64,000 nucleotides of DNA, taken from the NCBI GenBank assembly GCA_964291285.2, contig OZ219787.1, forward strand, positions 1,216,001-1,280,000, given 5' to 3'. Both the position numbers and the translations under genes were made by a program. Below are positions 20,490-32,272 of the stretch, in pieces. The notes beneath the pieces are model-generated. The model was given only the letters and a program-made list of their open reading frames with translations. It was not told the origin of the DNA and ran no database searches. Source of the DNA: Alphaproteobacteria bacterium. GTDB lineage: Bacteria > Pseudomonadota > Alphaproteobacteria > Bin95. Position 1 is the stretch's first letter. Each line of letters begins with the position of its first letter.

Positions 20490-20894
20490 ATGGCGAAACT
20501 TCGGCATATTGCGGTCACGGTTCCGGACCTGGAGGCGGCGGCGCGGTTCTATGAGGACACCTTCGGCATGGTACGGCAGCAGCAGTCCGACATTGCGATC
20601 CTGCTTTCCGACGGGGTGGTCAGCCTGGCGATCCTGAAGTTCAAGACCGACGAGCAGGCGGGCGACGAACGCGGCAAGGACTTCCACGGCCTGCACCATA
20701 TGGGCTTCGTGGTCGATGACATCGACGCGATGAGCCGGGAGATCGAGGCCAATGGCGGGCGCTACCACATGCGGCTCCCGGACTCGGCGGAAGGCGCCAC
20801 CGAGATCAAGTTCTACGACCCCAACGGCGTCGTCTTCGACATCGTCACCGCCGACTACGCCACCAACGCCTGGGGCGCCAAGGTCTCGGACTGA
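20490..20894 (+). CDS. VOC/glyoxalase family protein
   Basis: LRHIA, GLHHMGF, DPNGVVFD; GGAGG RBS. Confidence 0.88.
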   Translation: MAKLRHIAVTVPDLEAAARFYEDTFGMVRQQQSDIAILLSDGVVSLAILKFKTDEQAGDERGKDFHGLHHMGFVVDDIDAMSREIEANGGRYHMRLPDSAEGATEIKFYDPNGVVFDIVTADYATNAWGAKVSD

Positions 20895-20964
20895 CCGCGC
20901 CCACTTGCCGCCCGGCGGGGCGGGCGGCTACAAGGCGGCGTTCTTGACGGATGAGGGACCGGAG

Positions 20965-21840
20965 ATGACCGAGGCGGCGCTCGTTCCGCTGCTGGTGCGC
21001 ATTGCCGACGCGCTGGAGCGGCTGGCTCCCGGGGCGGGGGCGGCGCCGGACCTTGCGTCGGCGGACGCTTTCGTCTGGCACGCTGAGGGCGGCCTGCTCA
21101 CGCCGGTGGCGGAGGTCAACCATGTCGCGCTGCCGCTGCTCCGCGGCATCGACCATGTGACGGGCATCCTGCTGGAGAACACACGGCGCTTCGCCGAGGG
21201 GCTGCCGGCCAACAACGCGCTGCTCTGGGGCGCGCGCGGCATGGGCAAGTCTTCGCTGGTCAAGGCCATCCACGCGCATATCGCGGCCGAGCGGCCGGGC
21301 GCGCTCGCGCTCGTGGAAATCCACCGCGAGGACATAGGCTCGCTGCCGGGCCTGCTGGCGTTGCTCAGGGGCGCGGGCCGGCGCTTCGTGCTGTTCTGCG
21401 ACGACCTCTCCTTCGACGGCAGCGACACCACCTACAAGTCGCTCAAGGCGGTGCTCGAAGGCGGGCTGGAGGGCCGGCCGGAGAATGTCGTCTTCTACGC
21501 CACCTCCAACCGCCGCCACCTGATGCCGCGCGACATGATCGAGAACGAGCGCTCGACGGCGATCGCCCCCGCGGAGGCGGTCGAGGAGAAGGTGTCGCTG
21601 TCGGACCGCTTCGGCCTCTGGCTCGGCTTCCACAATTGCAGCCAGGCGACCTATTTTGAGATGGTCGAAGGCTATGCCGCGCATTTCGGTCTGGAAGTGG
21701 AGAGCGAGGCGCTGCGTCGGCAGGCGAACGAATGGGCCGTCACGCGGGGCGGGCGCTCCGGCCGCGTCGCCTGGCAGTTCGTGCAGGACCTGGCGGGCCG
21801 GCTCGGCCGCAAGCTGAACGGGAGGGGCGGGGCCCAATGA
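20965..21840 (+). CDS. DUF815 AAA+ ATPase
   Basis: LLWGARGMGKSS, FCDDLSF, TSNRRHL, SLSDRFG, SGRVAWQF. Confidence 0.92.
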   Translation: MTEAALVPLLVRIADALERLAPGAGAAPDLASADAFVWHAEGGLLTPVAEVNHVALPLLRGIDHVTGILLENTRRFAEGLPANNALLWGARGMGKSSLVKAIHAHIAAERPGALALVEIHREDIGSLPGLLALLRGAGRRFVLFCDDLSFDGSDTTYKSLKAVLEGGLEGRPENVVFYATSNRRHLMPRDMIENERSTAIAPAEAVEEKVSLSDRFGLWLGFHNCSQATYFEMVEGYAAHFGLEVESEALRRQANEWAVTRGGRSGRVAWQFVQDLAGRLGRKLNGRGGAQ

Positions 21841-22463
21841 TCCTGCTGATCGATAACTATGACAGCTTCGTCTACAACCTGATGCACTTCCTGGGCGAGC
21901 TCGGGGCCGATATCGAGGTCCGGCGCAACGATGCGCTGAGTGCGGACGAGGCGCTGGCGATGCAGCCGGAAGCGGTCGTGATCTCCCCCGGCCCCTGCGA
22001 CCCCGACAAGGCCGGCAACTGCCTGGAGCTGGTGGAGAAGGCCGCGGGCCGGGTGCCGCTCTTCGGCGTCTGCCTCGGCCACCAGTGCATCGGCCAGGCC
22101 TTCGGCGGGCGGGTGCTGCGCGCGCCGGTCTGCATGCACGGCAAGCTCTCGCGCATCCACCATGACGGCACGGGCGTGTTCGCCGGGCTGCCGTCGCCCT
22201 TCGAGGCCACGCGCTACCACTCGCTGACCGTGGAGCGGGCGGGTCTGCCGGACGGCATGGCGGTGAATGCCTGGACCGAGGACGGGACCGTCATGGGCCT
22301 CAGCCACCGGACGCTCGATGTCCACGGCGTGCAGTTCCACCCGGAGAGCATCGCCTCGGAGCACGGCCACCGGCTGCTCGCCAATTTCCTGACCTCGGTG
22401 TCCGGCCGCCCGCCGGCCGGGGTGCCGAAGCCGCTGCCGGAGCGCCGGGTGTTCGCGGCATGA
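21837..22463 (+). CDS. trpG: Anthranilate synthase component II
   Basis: IDNYDSF, SPGP, GVCLGHQ, QFHPES; upstream of trpD. Confidence 0.93.
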   Translation: MILLIDNYDSFVYNLMHFLGELGADIEVRRNDALSADEALAMQPEAVVISPGPCDPDKAGNCLELVEKAAGRVPLFGVCLGHQCIGQAFGGRVLRAPVCMHGKLSRIHHDGTGVFAGLPSPFEATRYHSLTVERAGLPDGMAVNAWTEDGTVMGLSHRTLDVHGVQFHPESIASEHGHRLLANFLTSVSGRPPAGVPKPLPERRVFAA

Positions 22464-23479
22464 GCGGCGATCTGAGGGCCATCCTGGCGCGCGTCGCCGA
22501 CGGAACACAGCTGGGCGAGGCGGAGGCGGAGACTGCCTTCGAGATATTGATGTCCGGCGACGCCACGCCCTCGCAGGCGGGCGCCTTCCTGATGGCGCTG
22601 CGGGTGCGCGGCGAGACCATCGACGAGATCACCGGCGCGGCGCGGATCATGCGCGAGAAGGTGCTCGGCATCGAGGCGCCCGCGGACGCCATCGACACCG
22701 CCGGCACGGGCGGCGACGACAAGGGCACCCTCAACATCTCCACCGCCGCCGCGCTGCTGCTGGCCGGCGCGGGCGTGCCCGTGGTCAAGCACGGCAACCG
22801 GGCGCTTTCCTCGCGGGCGGGGTCCTCGGATGTGCTGGCGGCGCTCGGCGTCGATATCGACTGCGACATGGCCCTCGTCCCGAAGGCGCTGGAGGAGGCG
22901 GGCATCTGCTTCCTCATGGCGCCCCGGCACCACGGCGCGATGCGCCATGTCGCCGGCACGCGGGTCGAGCTCGGCACGCGCACGATCTTCAACCTGCTGG
23001 GGCCGCTCTCCAACCCCGCGGGCGCGCGCCGGCAGCTTGTCGGCGTGTTCGCCGGGCGCTGGATCGAGCCGCTCGCCCATGTGCTCGGCAATCTCGGCGG
23101 CGAGCGCGCCTGGGTCGTCCACGGCTCGGACGGGATGGACGAACTCACGACCACGGGCGCGAGCCATGTGGCGGAGTTGAAGGGCGGCGCGGTGAGGCGG
23201 TTCGAGGTCGATCCGCGCGAAATCGGCCTGCCGCTGGCGGCGCCGGAAGACCTCCAGGGCGGCGATCCCGAATACAATGCCGGCGCGATGCGGTCCCTGC
23301 TGGACGGCGAGGCCGGCCCCTACCGCGACATCGTGGTGCTGAACACCGCCGCCGGCCTCGTGGTGTCGGAGCGCGCCGCGACGCTGGCCGAGGGCAGGGC
23401 GCTGGCCGAGGAGGTCATCGACAGCGGCGCGGCGCGGGACCGCCTTGCGGCGCTGGTGCGCGTCACCAATGGCGGCTGA
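22460..23479 (+). CDS. trpD: Anthranilate phosphoribosyltransferase
   Basis: GTGGD, NIST, KHGNR, FNLLGP. Confidence 0.96.
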   Translation: MSGDLRAILARVADGTQLGEAEAETAFEILMSGDATPSQAGAFLMALRVRGETIDEITGAARIMREKVLGIEAPADAIDTAGTGGDDKGTLNISTAAALLLAGAGVPVVKHGNRALSSRAGSSDVLAALGVDIDCDMALVPKALEEAGICFLMAPRHHGAMRHVAGTRVELGTRTIFNLLGPLSNPAGARRQLVGVFAGRWIEPLAHVLGNLGGERAWVVHGSDGMDELTTTGASHVAELKGGAVRRFEVDPREIGLPLAAPEDLQGGDPEYNAGAMRSLLDGEAGPYRDIVVLNTAAGLVVSERAATLAEGRALAEEVIDSGAARDRLAALVRVTNGG

Positions 23480-23498
23480 AGCGCCGGGAAGAGGAGGC

Positions 23499-24296
23499 AT
23501 GTCGGACACTCTCGCCAGGATCGTCGCCGAGAAGCGCGGGCATGTGGCGCGGATGAAGCGCGAGCGGCCGCGCGCATGGTTCGATGCGGCCGATGGCGGC
23601 GCGCCGCGCGGCTTTGCGGCGACGCTGGCGCGCGCGGACGGCTACGGCCTGATCGCGGAGATCAAGAAGGCTTCGCCCAGCAAGGGGCTGATCCGCGCCG
23701 ATTTCGACCCGGCGGCGCTCGCGCGGGCCTATCTCGACGGCGGGGCCTGCTGCCTTTCCGTGCTGACCGACACGCCGTATTTCCAGGGCGAGGACCGCTA
23801 TCTGGCGGAAGCCCGCAACGCCGCGCCGCTGCCGGTGCTGCGCAAGGATTTCATGGTGGACCCCTGGCAGGTCGCGGAATCCCGCGCGCTCGGCGCGGAC
23901 TGCATCCTCATCATCCTCGCCGCCGTGGACGATGCGCTGGCGGGAGAGCTGGAGGCGGCGGCCTTCGGGCTCGGCATGGACGCGCTGGTCGAGGTGCATG
24001 ACGAGGCCGAACTGGAGCGCGCGCTCCGCCTGTCCTCGCCGCTCATCGGCATCAATAACCGCAATCTCAGGACGCTGGAAGTGGACCTGGCGACCGCCGA
24101 GCGCCTCGCGCCGATGGTCCCGGCGGACCGGATCGTCATCGGCGAGAGCGGGCTCGCCGTCACCGCCGACCTCGAGCGGCTGGCAGAGGTCGGCGTCACC
24201 CGCTTCCTGGTGGGCGAATCGCTGATGCGCGAGGCGGATGTGGCGGCCGCGACCCGCGCGCTGCTCGGCCCCGACATGCTGCGGGAAGCGGGATGA
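23499..24296 (+). CDS. trpC: Indole-3-glycerol phosphate synthase
   Basis: [24 protein letters not shown]. Confidence 0.96.
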   Translation: MSDTLARIVAEKRGHVARMKRERPRAWFDAADGGAPRGFAATLARADGYGLIAEIKKASPSKGLIRADFDPAALARAYLDGGACCLSVLTDTPYFQGEDRYLAEARNAAPLPVLRKDFMVDPWQVAESRALGADCILIILAAVDDALAGELEAAAFGLGMDALVEVHDEAELERALRLSSPLIGINNRNLRTLEVDLATAERLAPMVPADRIVIGESGLAVTADLERLAEVGVTRFLVGESLMREADVAAATRALLGPDMLREAG

Positions 24297-24775
24297 ACGC
24301 GCGCCTCACCCATTTCGACGAGGAAGGCCGCGCGGCCATGGTGGACGTGTCCGCCAAGGACGAGACGGAGCGGGTCGCGGTTGCCGGCGGCCGGGTGGTC
24401 ATGGCCCCGGAAACGCTGGCGCTGGTCCGGGCGGGCGGAATCGGCAAGGGCGACGTGCTGGGCGTCGCGCGCCTCGCCGGCATCATGGCGGCGAAGCGCA
24501 CGGCGGACCTGATCCCGCTCTGCCACCCGCTGGCGCTGACCTCCGTCGCCGTGGACCTTGCCGCCGACGAGGCCGCGTCCGCCGTGGAGATCACCGCGAC
24601 CTGCCGGCTCAAGGGCCGCACCGGCGTCGAGATGGAGGCGCTGACCGCCGTCTCGGTGGCGGCGCTCACCGTCTATGACATGTGCAAGGCGGTGGACCGC
24701 GGCATGAGGGTCGAGGCGGTCCGCCTGCTGCGCAAGGAAGGTGGCAAGTCCGGTACCTGGACTGCACGCAAGTGA
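24293..24775 (+). CDS. moaC: Cyclic pyranopterin monophosphate synthase
   Basis: [20 protein letters not shown]. Confidence 0.97.
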   Translation: MNARLTHFDEEGRAAMVDVSAKDETERVAVAGGRVVMAPETLALVRAGGIGKGDVLGVARLAGIMAAKRTADLIPLCHPLALTSVAVDLAADEAASAVEITATCRLKGRTGVEMEALTAVSVAALTVYDMCKAVDRGMRVEAVRLLRKEGGKSGTWTARK

Positions 24776-25965
24776 TCCCGGTTGCCGAAGCGATTGCGCG
24801 CATTCTGGCAGGCGTGGAGCCGCTGCCGGCGGAGATGGTGCCGCTCGGCGACGGTCTCGGCCGCGTGCTGGTGGAGGACCTCGCGTCGAGGCGCACTCAG
24901 CCGCCGGCGGCGGTCTCCGCCATGGACGGCTATGCGGTCCGCGCCGAAGACGCGGCGCACACGCCGGCGGAACTGCGCATCGTGGCGGAGATCGCCGCCG
25001 GCGCGGCCTGGACGGGGACGGTCGGGCCGGGCGAGGCGGCACGCATCTTCACCGGCGCGCCCGTTCCGGCAGGCGCCGACGCCATCGTCATCCAGGAGGA
25101 TTGCGAGCGCACAGGCGACCGCGTGACCGTGCGCGAGGCGGCGAGGGCCGGCGCTTACGTCCGCCCCGCAGGGCTCGACTTTGCGGAGGGCGACGTGCTG
25201 CTGCGCGCCGGCCGGCGGCTCACCTCGCGCGATATCGGCCTCGCTGCGGCGATGAACCGGCCGTGGCTGCCGGTGCGCCGCCGCCCGCGCGTGGCGCTGC
25301 TCGCCACCGGCGACGAGATCGCGCTTCCGGGAGAGCCGCTCGGGCCGCAGCAGATCGTGAGTTCCAGCGGGCCGGGGCTGGCGGCTCTGGTCGCGGAGGC
25401 GGGCGGCCAGGCGGTCTCGCTCGGCGTGGCCGGCGATAGCACGGCCTCGCTGCGCGCCCGCGCTGCCGGGGCCGGGGGCGCGGACATCCTGGTGACCATG
25501 GGCGGCGCCTCGGTCGGCGAGCACGACCTCGTGCAGTCGGCGCTGGCGGAGGACGGGCTCGCAGTCGACTTCTGGCGGATCGCCATGCGGCCCGGCAAGC
25601 CGCTCATGTTCGGGCGCATGGGCGGGGCGCTGGTGTTGGGGCTGCCGGGCAACCCGGTCTCGGCGTTCGTGTGCGCGCTGCTGTTCCTGCGCCCGCTGGT
25701 CGACGCGATGCTGGGCCTGCCGGCGGGGCCGCCGGCGCGGGAGCCGGCCCGGCTCGGCGCGGACCTCGGCGCGAACGACCGGCGCGAGGACTATCTGCGC
25801 GCCCGGCTCGCCCCGGACGGCGGGGGCCTGCCGATCGCCACGCCCTTCGCGCGCCAGGACAGCTCCATGCTGGCGCGTTTCGTCGAGGCCGATGCGCTGG
25901 TGGTTCGCGCCCCGCATGCGCCGCCGGCCCGCGCCGGCGACCTCGTGGACATCATCCGCCTGTAG
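24772..25965 (+). CDS. moeA: Molybdopterin molybdotransferase
   Basis: [25 protein letters not shown]; GTG start overlaps the moaC stop. Confidence 0.94.
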   Translation: MIPVAEAIARILAGVEPLPAEMVPLGDGLGRVLVEDLASRRTQPPAAVSAMDGYAVRAEDAAHTPAELRIVAEIAAGAAWTGTVGPGEAARIFTGAPVPAGADAIVIQEDCERTGDRVTVREAARAGAYVRPAGLDFAEGDVLLRAGRRLTSRDIGLAAAMNRPWLPVRRRPRVALLATGDEIALPGEPLGPQQIVSSSGPGLAALVAEAGGQAVSLGVAGDSTASLRARAAGAGGADILVTMGGASVGEHDLVQSALAEDGLAVDFWRIAMRPGKPLMFGRMGGALVLGLPGNPVSAFVCALLFLRPLVDAMLGLPAGPPAREPARLGADLGANDRREDYLRARLAPDGGGLPIATPFARQDSSMLARFVEADALVVRAPHAPPARAGDLVDIIRL

Positions 25966-25981
25966 CCTGTGAGCGGCGGCG

Positions 25982-26482
25982 TCACCGGCCGCTGCGCAGT
26001 TCCGGCGGCGGGTATTCCCGAAGTGCGTAATCGAGGCTGTCGCGGCCGCAATTCATCCGCTTCATGTTGAAGCGCAGATGGCCCGCCTTGCGGCCGCGCC
26101 AGAACCCGCCGAACGCGACCACGATCCAGGGGAAGGAAGGCGCCGGCGGCTCGAAATGGATGAGGAGTTCATTGCGGCTCAGCAGCGACTGCTGGCGGAT
26201 CGTGCGGATGGCGGACCAGTCCCGCTGGGGGATGCCGAAGATCGGGAAGGCGATGCCGCTCTTGTCGAACACGACGGCCGGCAGATGCGCGCGCCGGACG
26301 ATCCACACCGCATAGCCGGCAATGCCGCCAAGCAGCGCCGCCAGCAGCGCCGCCATCGCCAGAGGCGGCCCCGGCTTGCCCGTCGCCAGGCCGTTGACCA
26401 GCAGGGCCAGAAGCGCAAGCGTCACGAGGCCGGCCGCCAGCGCCAGCGCGATATAGGTGGGCCGGTAGTAGTAGATCGTCAT
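25982..26482 (-). CDS. Hypothetical protein, two N-terminal TM helices
   Basis: 166-aa ORF with GGAG RBS filling the gap between moeA and lexA. Confidence 0.6.
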   Translation of the reverse strand: MTIYYYRPTYIALALAAGLVTLALLALLVNGLATGKPGPPLAMAALLAALLGGIAGYAVWIVRRAHLPAVVFDKSGIAFPIFGIPQRDWSAIRTIRQQSLLSRNELLIHFEPPAPSFPWIVVAFGGFWRGRKAGHLRFNMKRMNCGRDSLDYALREYPPPELRSGR

Positions 26483-26687
26483 GGGCTCCGCCTATAGCCG
26501 GGCGCGCGCCGGGGAACAAGCCGGGCCTGGATACGGCTGCGCGCCTTTGGCCGGCGGCATGGAACATTCCGGGGCCAGGCGTGAACCGGGGCGCGAAGGT
26601 ATCCGGACCTATGCCTGCGAATTACGAATTACCCCTTTTTGACGCATGTGCCGCTGGCGTGGTGCTATCTTGCTTGACGTCTGTTCC

Positions 26688-26702
26688 GAACCAATATAGA
26701 AC
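26688..26702 (+). promoter_or_regulatory. Alphaproteobacterial SOS (LexA) box
   Basis: GAAC-CAATATA-GAAC (GAAC-N7-GAAC) upstream of lexA. Confidence 0.9.
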
Positions 26703-26755
26703 GCAAGTAACGAAACCGGGTTCGTATAAGGAACATCGCCGGAGGGAGTAGCGGC

Positions 26756-27433
26756 ATGTTGACGAAGAAACAGAACGAACTGCTGCTGTTCATCTCGCAG
26801 CAGATCTCCAAGGACGGCGTATCGCCTTCCTTCGACGAGATGAAGGATGCGCTGGGGCTCAAGTCGAAATCGGGCGTCCACAGGCTGGTGACGGCGCTGG
26901 AGGAGCGGGGGTTCATCCGCCGGTTCCCGAACCGCGCCCGTGCGCTGGAGATCGCGCGCCTGCCGGAGGCGGACGCCTATGAGGGCCGGAGCCGGGCCGG
27001 GCGGTCCGCCTTTCGCGGCTTCCGCCGGCGCCTTGACCCTGCCGACACGGTGCAGAACGAACTTCCGCTTTACGGCCGCATTGCCGCGGGCACGCCGATC
27101 GAGGCCCTGCGCGATCCGGACAGCACCGTGGCGGTGCCGCAGGGAATGCTCGGCGGCGGGCGCCACTATGCGCTCGAAATCGCCGGGGATTCGATGGTCG
27201 ATGCCGGCATCATGGACGGCGACACGGTCATCATCCAGGAGTGCGACGAAGTGGAAAGCGGGGCCATCGTGGTCGCACTCGTCGATTCCGAGGAGGCGAC
27301 GCTGAAGATCTGGCGCCCGTTCAACGGCCGCGTGGTGCTGGAAGCCGCGAACGAAGCCTATCCTACGCAGGACTACGAGCCGGAGCGGGTGAAGGTCCAG
27401 GGCCGGCTGGTCGCGCTTATGCGCGACTACTGA
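26756..27433 (+). CDS. lexA: SOS repressor LexA
   Basis: MLTKKQ, SPSFDEMK, IAAG cleavage site, GDSM and TLK catalytic dyad. Confidence 0.97.
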   Translation: MLTKKQNELLLFISQQISKDGVSPSFDEMKDALGLKSKSGVHRLVTALEERGFIRRFPNRARALEIARLPEADAYEGRSRAGRSAFRGFRRRLDPADTVQNELPLYGRIAAGTPIEALRDPDSTVAVPQGMLGGGRHYALEIAGDSMVDAGIMDGDTVIIQECDEVESGAIVVALVDSEEATLKIWRPFNGRVVLEAANEAYPTQDYEPERVKVQGRLVALMRDY

Positions 27434-29514
27434 GGCCCGGCCAGCGCGACCCAGGGCCGCCGGCCACGACGGTCCCAGTCGGTCTCGACGACAGGGCCCC
27501 CGGGCGTGAGGCGGATCGCATGGGCGCCCAGCCGGCGGAGTCTCTGCCGGTCCACGATCAGCGCATCGTCCGGGCAATAGAGCCGCCGGGCCCGGCGCGA
27601 GACCGTCACTGCGGACAGGACGATGGCGGCGCGGCGGCAGTCTTCTTCCAGGGCTTCGTGACGGAGCACGACCGCGACTCCGTCCGCTGAGCAGCCAAGC
27701 ATGTCGCAAGAAAGACCGGGACTCCCGGTCCCGGTGGCGCCGGCTTCGCTTGTGCCCACCGCTTCCGTCCACACCCGGCCCAGGAAGCCGGCGCGCGGTT
27801 TCGAAAGATAGAGCCGGCCTTCGGCATGGCGGGCGAACAGGCGGGCGTCCCGGTCGGCCATCAGGTCGGGCGGATGCGCGCCAGCCTGGATTACGAGCGC
27901 GGCGGCGAGGCCGCCTATGCCCAGAAACCGCCATCGGGTCTGCCAGAGGCAGAGCCAGAGACCGCCGGCCGCCGCCGCGACAGCCCCCGCTGCCGGCACG
28001 GGCGGGAAGCGGTGCACCGCTCCGGGCCATGCGGAAACCGTCTCCGCCGTCCAAAGCACGGCATCGATGCCGGCTTCCATGATTGCGAGCGGCCAGATTT
28101 CCATGCCGAGCGGCATGGCGGCCATCGCAAGGATCGCGGCCGGCATGATCCAGAAGGCCGCAATGGGCACCGCGATCAGGTTCGCGGCGAGCCCGTAGGC
28201 GGCGATGCGGCCGAAATGATGCGCCGCGAACGGAGCCGTGGCGAGCGTGGCCACGACGGTGGTGAGCAGGGTTGCGGCCAGGAAGAGAGGCGCCCGCCCC
28301 GACCGGGAGCGGAATTCGGACAGCGAGGGGGCCAGCCTTTCATAGACGGCGACCAGTGCCACGACGGCGGCGAAGGAAAGCTGGAAGCTCGCGGTGGTGA
28401 GCGCATAGGGATCCAGAGCCAGCACGGCGAAGGCTGCCAGCGCGACGAGGCGCATGCCGATTTCGAGCCGGTCCACCAGTACCGCCAGCAGGGCGAGTGC
28501 CACCATGAGGAAGGCACGCTGCGTCGGAACGGTCGCGCCCGCGAGCAGCATGTAGAAGAAGCCGGCGGCAATGGCGGCTGCGGCCGCCCATTTCTTGACC
28601 GGATAGCGGAGCGCGACGCCCGGCCAGAGGGCCAGCGCGGCTCTGACCGCTGCGAAGACGAGGCCGGCCACAAGACCCAGATGCAGGCCGGAGATCGCAA
28701 GCAGATGCGCGAGGCCGGCATCCCGGATTGCCTCATGCACGGCCTTGGGCAGGTCGCCGCGAAGTCCTGTGGTGAGCGCGATGGCAACACCGGCCGCTGC
28801 CGGGTCCGCGATGGCCTTGCCGATGCGTGCTGCGATCGCGTGGCGCAGACGCTCGATGCCAGGGGTTTCGGCGGGCTCCAGAAGGCGCGCCCGGCCGAGC
28901 GCAAAGCCTGTCGCGCCGATGCCCTCGAAGAAGGCCCGTCTGGCCGGGTCGTAGCCGCCGGGCAGGGCAGGCTGCGGCACGGGCTCCAGCCGGGCGAGCA
29001 CCGCGATGCGCGCGCCGGGACCCGCGCCGGGCGGCAGCGATGCGATGCGCAGGCGCAGTCGCCCCGGCGTCCGTTCCGGCGGGAGACGCGAGACGGTTGC
29101 GTCCTCCAGCACGACCCGAACCGGCCCTTCGATCCGGTCCTGGCGAAGTATCCTCCCGCTCACCTCGGTCGGTCCCACGGATCGTTCCAGAATGGGGGCG
29201 CGGGCGAGTTCGGTGTGGAGGCCGGCCCAGAAGAGGCCGGCGGCAGCAACGGCGACGGCGATGCCCGCCGGGAAGAAGGCGGACCGGCGCAGATATACGG
29301 CAAGCAGGGCTGCCAGGCCGGTTGCCGACGCCGTCATGAGGACATGCGGCTCGAAATCGAGCGAGAAATAGACACCGATGCCGAGCGCGAAGAAAACCGG
29401 CAGCCAGAGCGCCCACCGGTCCCGCTCACGCATTGGCAGGGCGGCGACGGCCTTGACCTCTTCGCGCAGCCTTTCGATAAACGCGCGCTCCTTCCCGGAA
29501 GTTTTGCTGCCCAT
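27427..29514 (-). CDS. comEC: ComEC/Rec2 competence membrane protein
   Basis: [22 protein letters not shown]; start uncertain (29514 or 29433). Confidence 0.9.
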   Translation of the reverse strand: MGSKTSGKERAFIERLREEVKAVAALPMRERDRWALWLPVFFALGIGVYFSLDFEPHVLMTASATGLAALLAVYLRRSAFFPAGIAVAVAAAGLFWAGLHTELARAPILERSVGPTEVSGRILRQDRIEGPVRVVLEDATVSRLPPERTPGRLRLRIASLPPGAGPGARIAVLARLEPVPQPALPGGYDPARRAFFEGIGATGFALGRARLLEPAETPGIERLRHAIAARIGKAIADPAAAGVAIALTTGLRGDLPKAVHEAIRDAGLAHLLAISGLHLGLVAGLVFAAVRAALALWPGVALRYPVKKWAAAAAIAAGFFYMLLAGATVPTQRAFLMVALALLAVLVDRLEIGMRLVALAAFAVLALDPYALTTASFQLSFAAVVALVAVYERLAPSLSEFRSRSGRAPLFLAATLLTTVVATLATAPFAAHHFGRIAAYGLAANLIAVPIAAFWIMPAAILAMAAMPLGMEIWPLAIMEAGIDAVLWTAETVSAWPGAVHRFPPVPAAGAVAAAAGGLWLCLWQTRWRFLGIGGLAAALVIQAGAHPPDLMADRDARLFARHAEGRLYLSKPRAGFLGRVWTEAVGTSEAGATGTGSPGLSCDMLGCSADGVAVVLRHEALEEDCRRAAIVLSAVTVSRRARRLYCPDDALIVDRQRLRRLGAHAIRLTPGGPVVETDWDRRGRRPWVALAGPQ

Positions 29515-30901
29515 GACCGTCGTTACCCGGTTCGCCCCCTCGCCCACCGGCCTCCTACATATCGGGGGCGCGCGCACGGCGCTATTCAATTGGCTCTTCG
29601 CGCGCCGTCATGGCGGGTGGTTCCTGCTGCGCATCGAGGATACCGACCGCCGCCGCTCGACGGAGGAGGCGGTGGCCGCGATCCTGGACGGGCTCGCCTG
29701 GCTCGGCCTCGACCCCGACGAGCCGCCCGCCTATCAGTTCCAGCGCCGCGAGCGCCATGCGGAGGTTGCGCGGGCGATGCTGGAGGCCGGCGCGGCCTAT
29801 CGCTGCTTCGCGGGACCCGAGGAACTGCAGGCGATGAGGGAGGCTGCCGCCGCGCGCGGCGAGCGCTTCCGCTACAACGGGCTCTGGCGCGACCGGGACC
29901 CGGCGGAGGCGCCGGAGGGCGCGCCCTTCGCGATCCGCCTCAAGGCGCCGCAGGACGGCGAGACGGTCATCCGCGACCTGGTGCAAGGCGAGGTACGCGT
30001 CGCCAATGCCGAACTCGACGACATGGTGCTGCTGCGCGCCGACGGCACGCCCACCTACATGCTTTCCGTGGTGGTGGACGACCATGACATGGGGGTGACC
30101 CATGTGATTCGTGGCGACGACCATCTGAACAACGCCTTCCGCCAGGCCCAGGTCTTCGAGGCGATGGGCTGGCCGCTTCCGGCCTTCGCCCATATCCCGC
30201 TCATCCACGGGCCCGACGGCGCCAAGCTGTCCAAGCGCCACGGCGCGCTCGGCGTGGATGCCTACCGCGAGATGGGGCTGCTGCCAGAGGCGGTCCGCAA
30301 CTACCTGTTGCGGCTCGGCTGGAGCCATGGCGATGCCGAGATCGTCTCGACGGAGGAGGCCGTGACCTGGTTCGGGCTGGAGGCGGTCGGCCGGTCGCCG
30401 GCGCGCTTCGACCGGGACAAGCTGGAAAGCGTCAACGCCCACTATATGCGCGCCGCCGACGAGGACAGGCTTCTGGCGCTGCTGGAACCGTTCCTCGCGC
30501 TGCCGCCCGACGAGGCCGGCCGGGCGCGCCTCCGGGCCGGTCTGGGCGCGCTCCTCCCGCGGGCGAAGACGCTGGTCGAACTGGCCGACGCCGGCGCGTT
30601 CTACACAGCCGGGCGGCCGCTGGAGCCGGATGCAAAGGCCGCGCGCCTGCTGGCGGATGAGGCGGCCCGCGCCCTGCTTGCGCGCTATGCGGCGGCGCTG
30701 GAAGGGGCGGAGTGGACGGAGGCAGCGCTGGAATCCGCAACGCGGGCCTTTGCGGAAACCGAAGGGCTCGGGCTCGGGCGGGTCGCCCAACCGGCGCGCG
30801 CCGCGCTTACCGGACGCGCCGCCTCGCCGGGTCTCTTCGAGGTGCTGGCGGCGCTCGGCCGGGAGGAGGCGCTGGGGCGTCTGCACGACGCGGCTCTCTG
30901 A
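29513..30901 (+). CDS. gltX: Glutamate--tRNA ligase
   Basis: [22 protein letters not shown]. Confidence 0.96.
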   Translation: MTVVTRFAPSPTGLLHIGGARTALFNWLFARRHGGWFLLRIEDTDRRRSTEEAVAAILDGLAWLGLDPDEPPAYQFQRRERHAEVARAMLEAGAAYRCFAGPEELQAMREAAAARGERFRYNGLWRDRDPAEAPEGAPFAIRLKAPQDGETVIRDLVQGEVRVANAELDDMVLLRADGTPTYMLSVVVDDHDMGVTHVIRGDDHLNNAFRQAQVFEAMGWPLPAFAHIPLIHGPDGAKLSKRHGALGVDAYREMGLLPEAVRNYLLRLGWSHGDAEIVSTEEAVTWFGLEAVGRSPARFDRDKLESVNAHYMRAADEDRLLALLEPFLALPPDEAGRARLRAGLGALLPRAKTLVELADAGAFYTAGRPLEPDAKAARLLADEAARALLARYAAALEGAEWTEAALESATRAFAETEGLGLGRVAQPARAALTGRAASPGLFEVLAALGREEALGRLHDAAL

Positions 30902-30962
30902 TTGCCAATCTCTCTGCGCCGCCATATTGTGGCCGCCGTATCGAGTGAGGATGACAGTCGAG

Positions 30963-32258
30963 ATGACCAGCCGCAGCGTTTCCATTGTGGATCGGGCCAA
31001 CAACAAGACCGTTGAGTTGCCGATCATGAGCGGGACTTTGGGAACGGACGTCATCGACATCCGCGCCCTCTATAAGGAACTCGGCTATTTCACCTTCGAT
31101 CCGGGCTACACCGCCACGGGAAGCTGCCAGTCCAAGGTCACCTATATCGACGGCGACGAGGGCGTGCTGCTCTACCGCGGTTATCCCATCGAGCAGCTTG
31201 CCGAGCACTCCGACTACATGGAGACCTGCTACCTCATCCTGTTCGGGGAGCTGCCGAACGCGGAACAGAAGGCGAAATTCGTTTACGACATCACGCATCA
31301 CACGATGCTGCACGACCAGATCACCAACATCTATCGGGGCTTCCGGCGCGACGCGCACCCGATGGCGGTGATGTGCGGCGTGGTCGGCGCGCTCTCGGCC
31401 TTCTACCACGACAGCATCGACATCGAGGACCCCTGGCACCGGACTGTCGCGTCCTACCGGATGATCGCCAAGATGCCGACCATCGCGGGCTGGGCCTACA
31501 AATATTCCATGGGCCAGCCCTTCATGTATCCGCGCAACGACCTCGACTACGCCTCCAACTTCCTGCGGCTCTGCTTCGCCGTGCCGACGGAGGACTTCGA
31601 GGTCAACCCGGTGCTCGCCAAGGCGATGGACCTGATCTTCATCCTCCATGCCGACCATGAGCAGAACGCCTCGGCCTCGACCGTGCGTCTTGCGGGCTCC
31701 ACCGGCGCCAATCCGTTCGCCTGCATCGCCGCCGGCTGCGCGGCGCTATGGGGGCCGAGCCATGGCGGGGCGAACGAGGAAGTACTCAAGATGCTGGCCG
31801 AGATCGGCTCGGCCGACAAGGTGGGCGACTGGGTGCTGAAGGCCAAGGACCCGGACGATCCCTTCCGCCTCTTCGGCTTCGGCCACCGGGTCTACAAGAA
31901 CCACGACCCCCGCGCGCGGGTGATCCAGAAGGCCTGCCACGACGTGCTGAACGAACTCGGCCTGCACGACCCGCTGCTGGAGGTCGCGATCGCTCTGGAA
32001 AAGGTTGCGCTGGAGGACGACTATTTCGTCAAGCGCCGGCTTTACCCGAATGTGGACTTCTATTCGGGCATCATCCTGAAAGCGATGGGCTTCCCGGTCT
32101 CCATGTTCACGGCGCTGTTCGCGGTCGGCCGGACGGTCGGCTGGATCGCGCAGTGGAACGAGCTGATCGAGGACCCCTCGCAGAAGATCAACCGCCCGCG
32201 CCAGCTCTATATGGGCCCCGCCCAGCGGGACTACGTCCCCCTCGCCGACCGGGAATAA
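30963..32258 (+). CDS. gltA: Citrate synthase
   Basis: [30 protein letters not shown]; alternative ATG at 30951. Confidence 0.96.
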   Translation: MTSRSVSIVDRANNKTVELPIMSGTLGTDVIDIRALYKELGYFTFDPGYTATGSCQSKVTYIDGDEGVLLYRGYPIEQLAEHSDYMETCYLILFGELPNAEQKAKFVYDITHHTMLHDQITNIYRGFRRDAHPMAVMCGVVGALSAFYHDSIDIEDPWHRTVASYRMIAKMPTIAGWAYKYSMGQPFMYPRNDLDYASNFLRLCFAVPTEDFEVNPVLAKAMDLIFILHADHEQNASASTVRLAGSTGANPFACIAAGCAALWGPSHGGANEEVLKMLAEIGSADKVGDWVLKAKDPDDPFRLFGFGHRVYKNHDPRARVIQKACHDVLNELGLHDPLLEVAIALEKVALEDDYFVKRRLYPNVDFYSGIILKAMGFPVSMFTALFAVGRTVGWIAQWNELIEDPSQKINRPRQLYMGPAQRDYVPLADRE

Positions 32259-32272
32259 GGCGGGCGCTGCCT

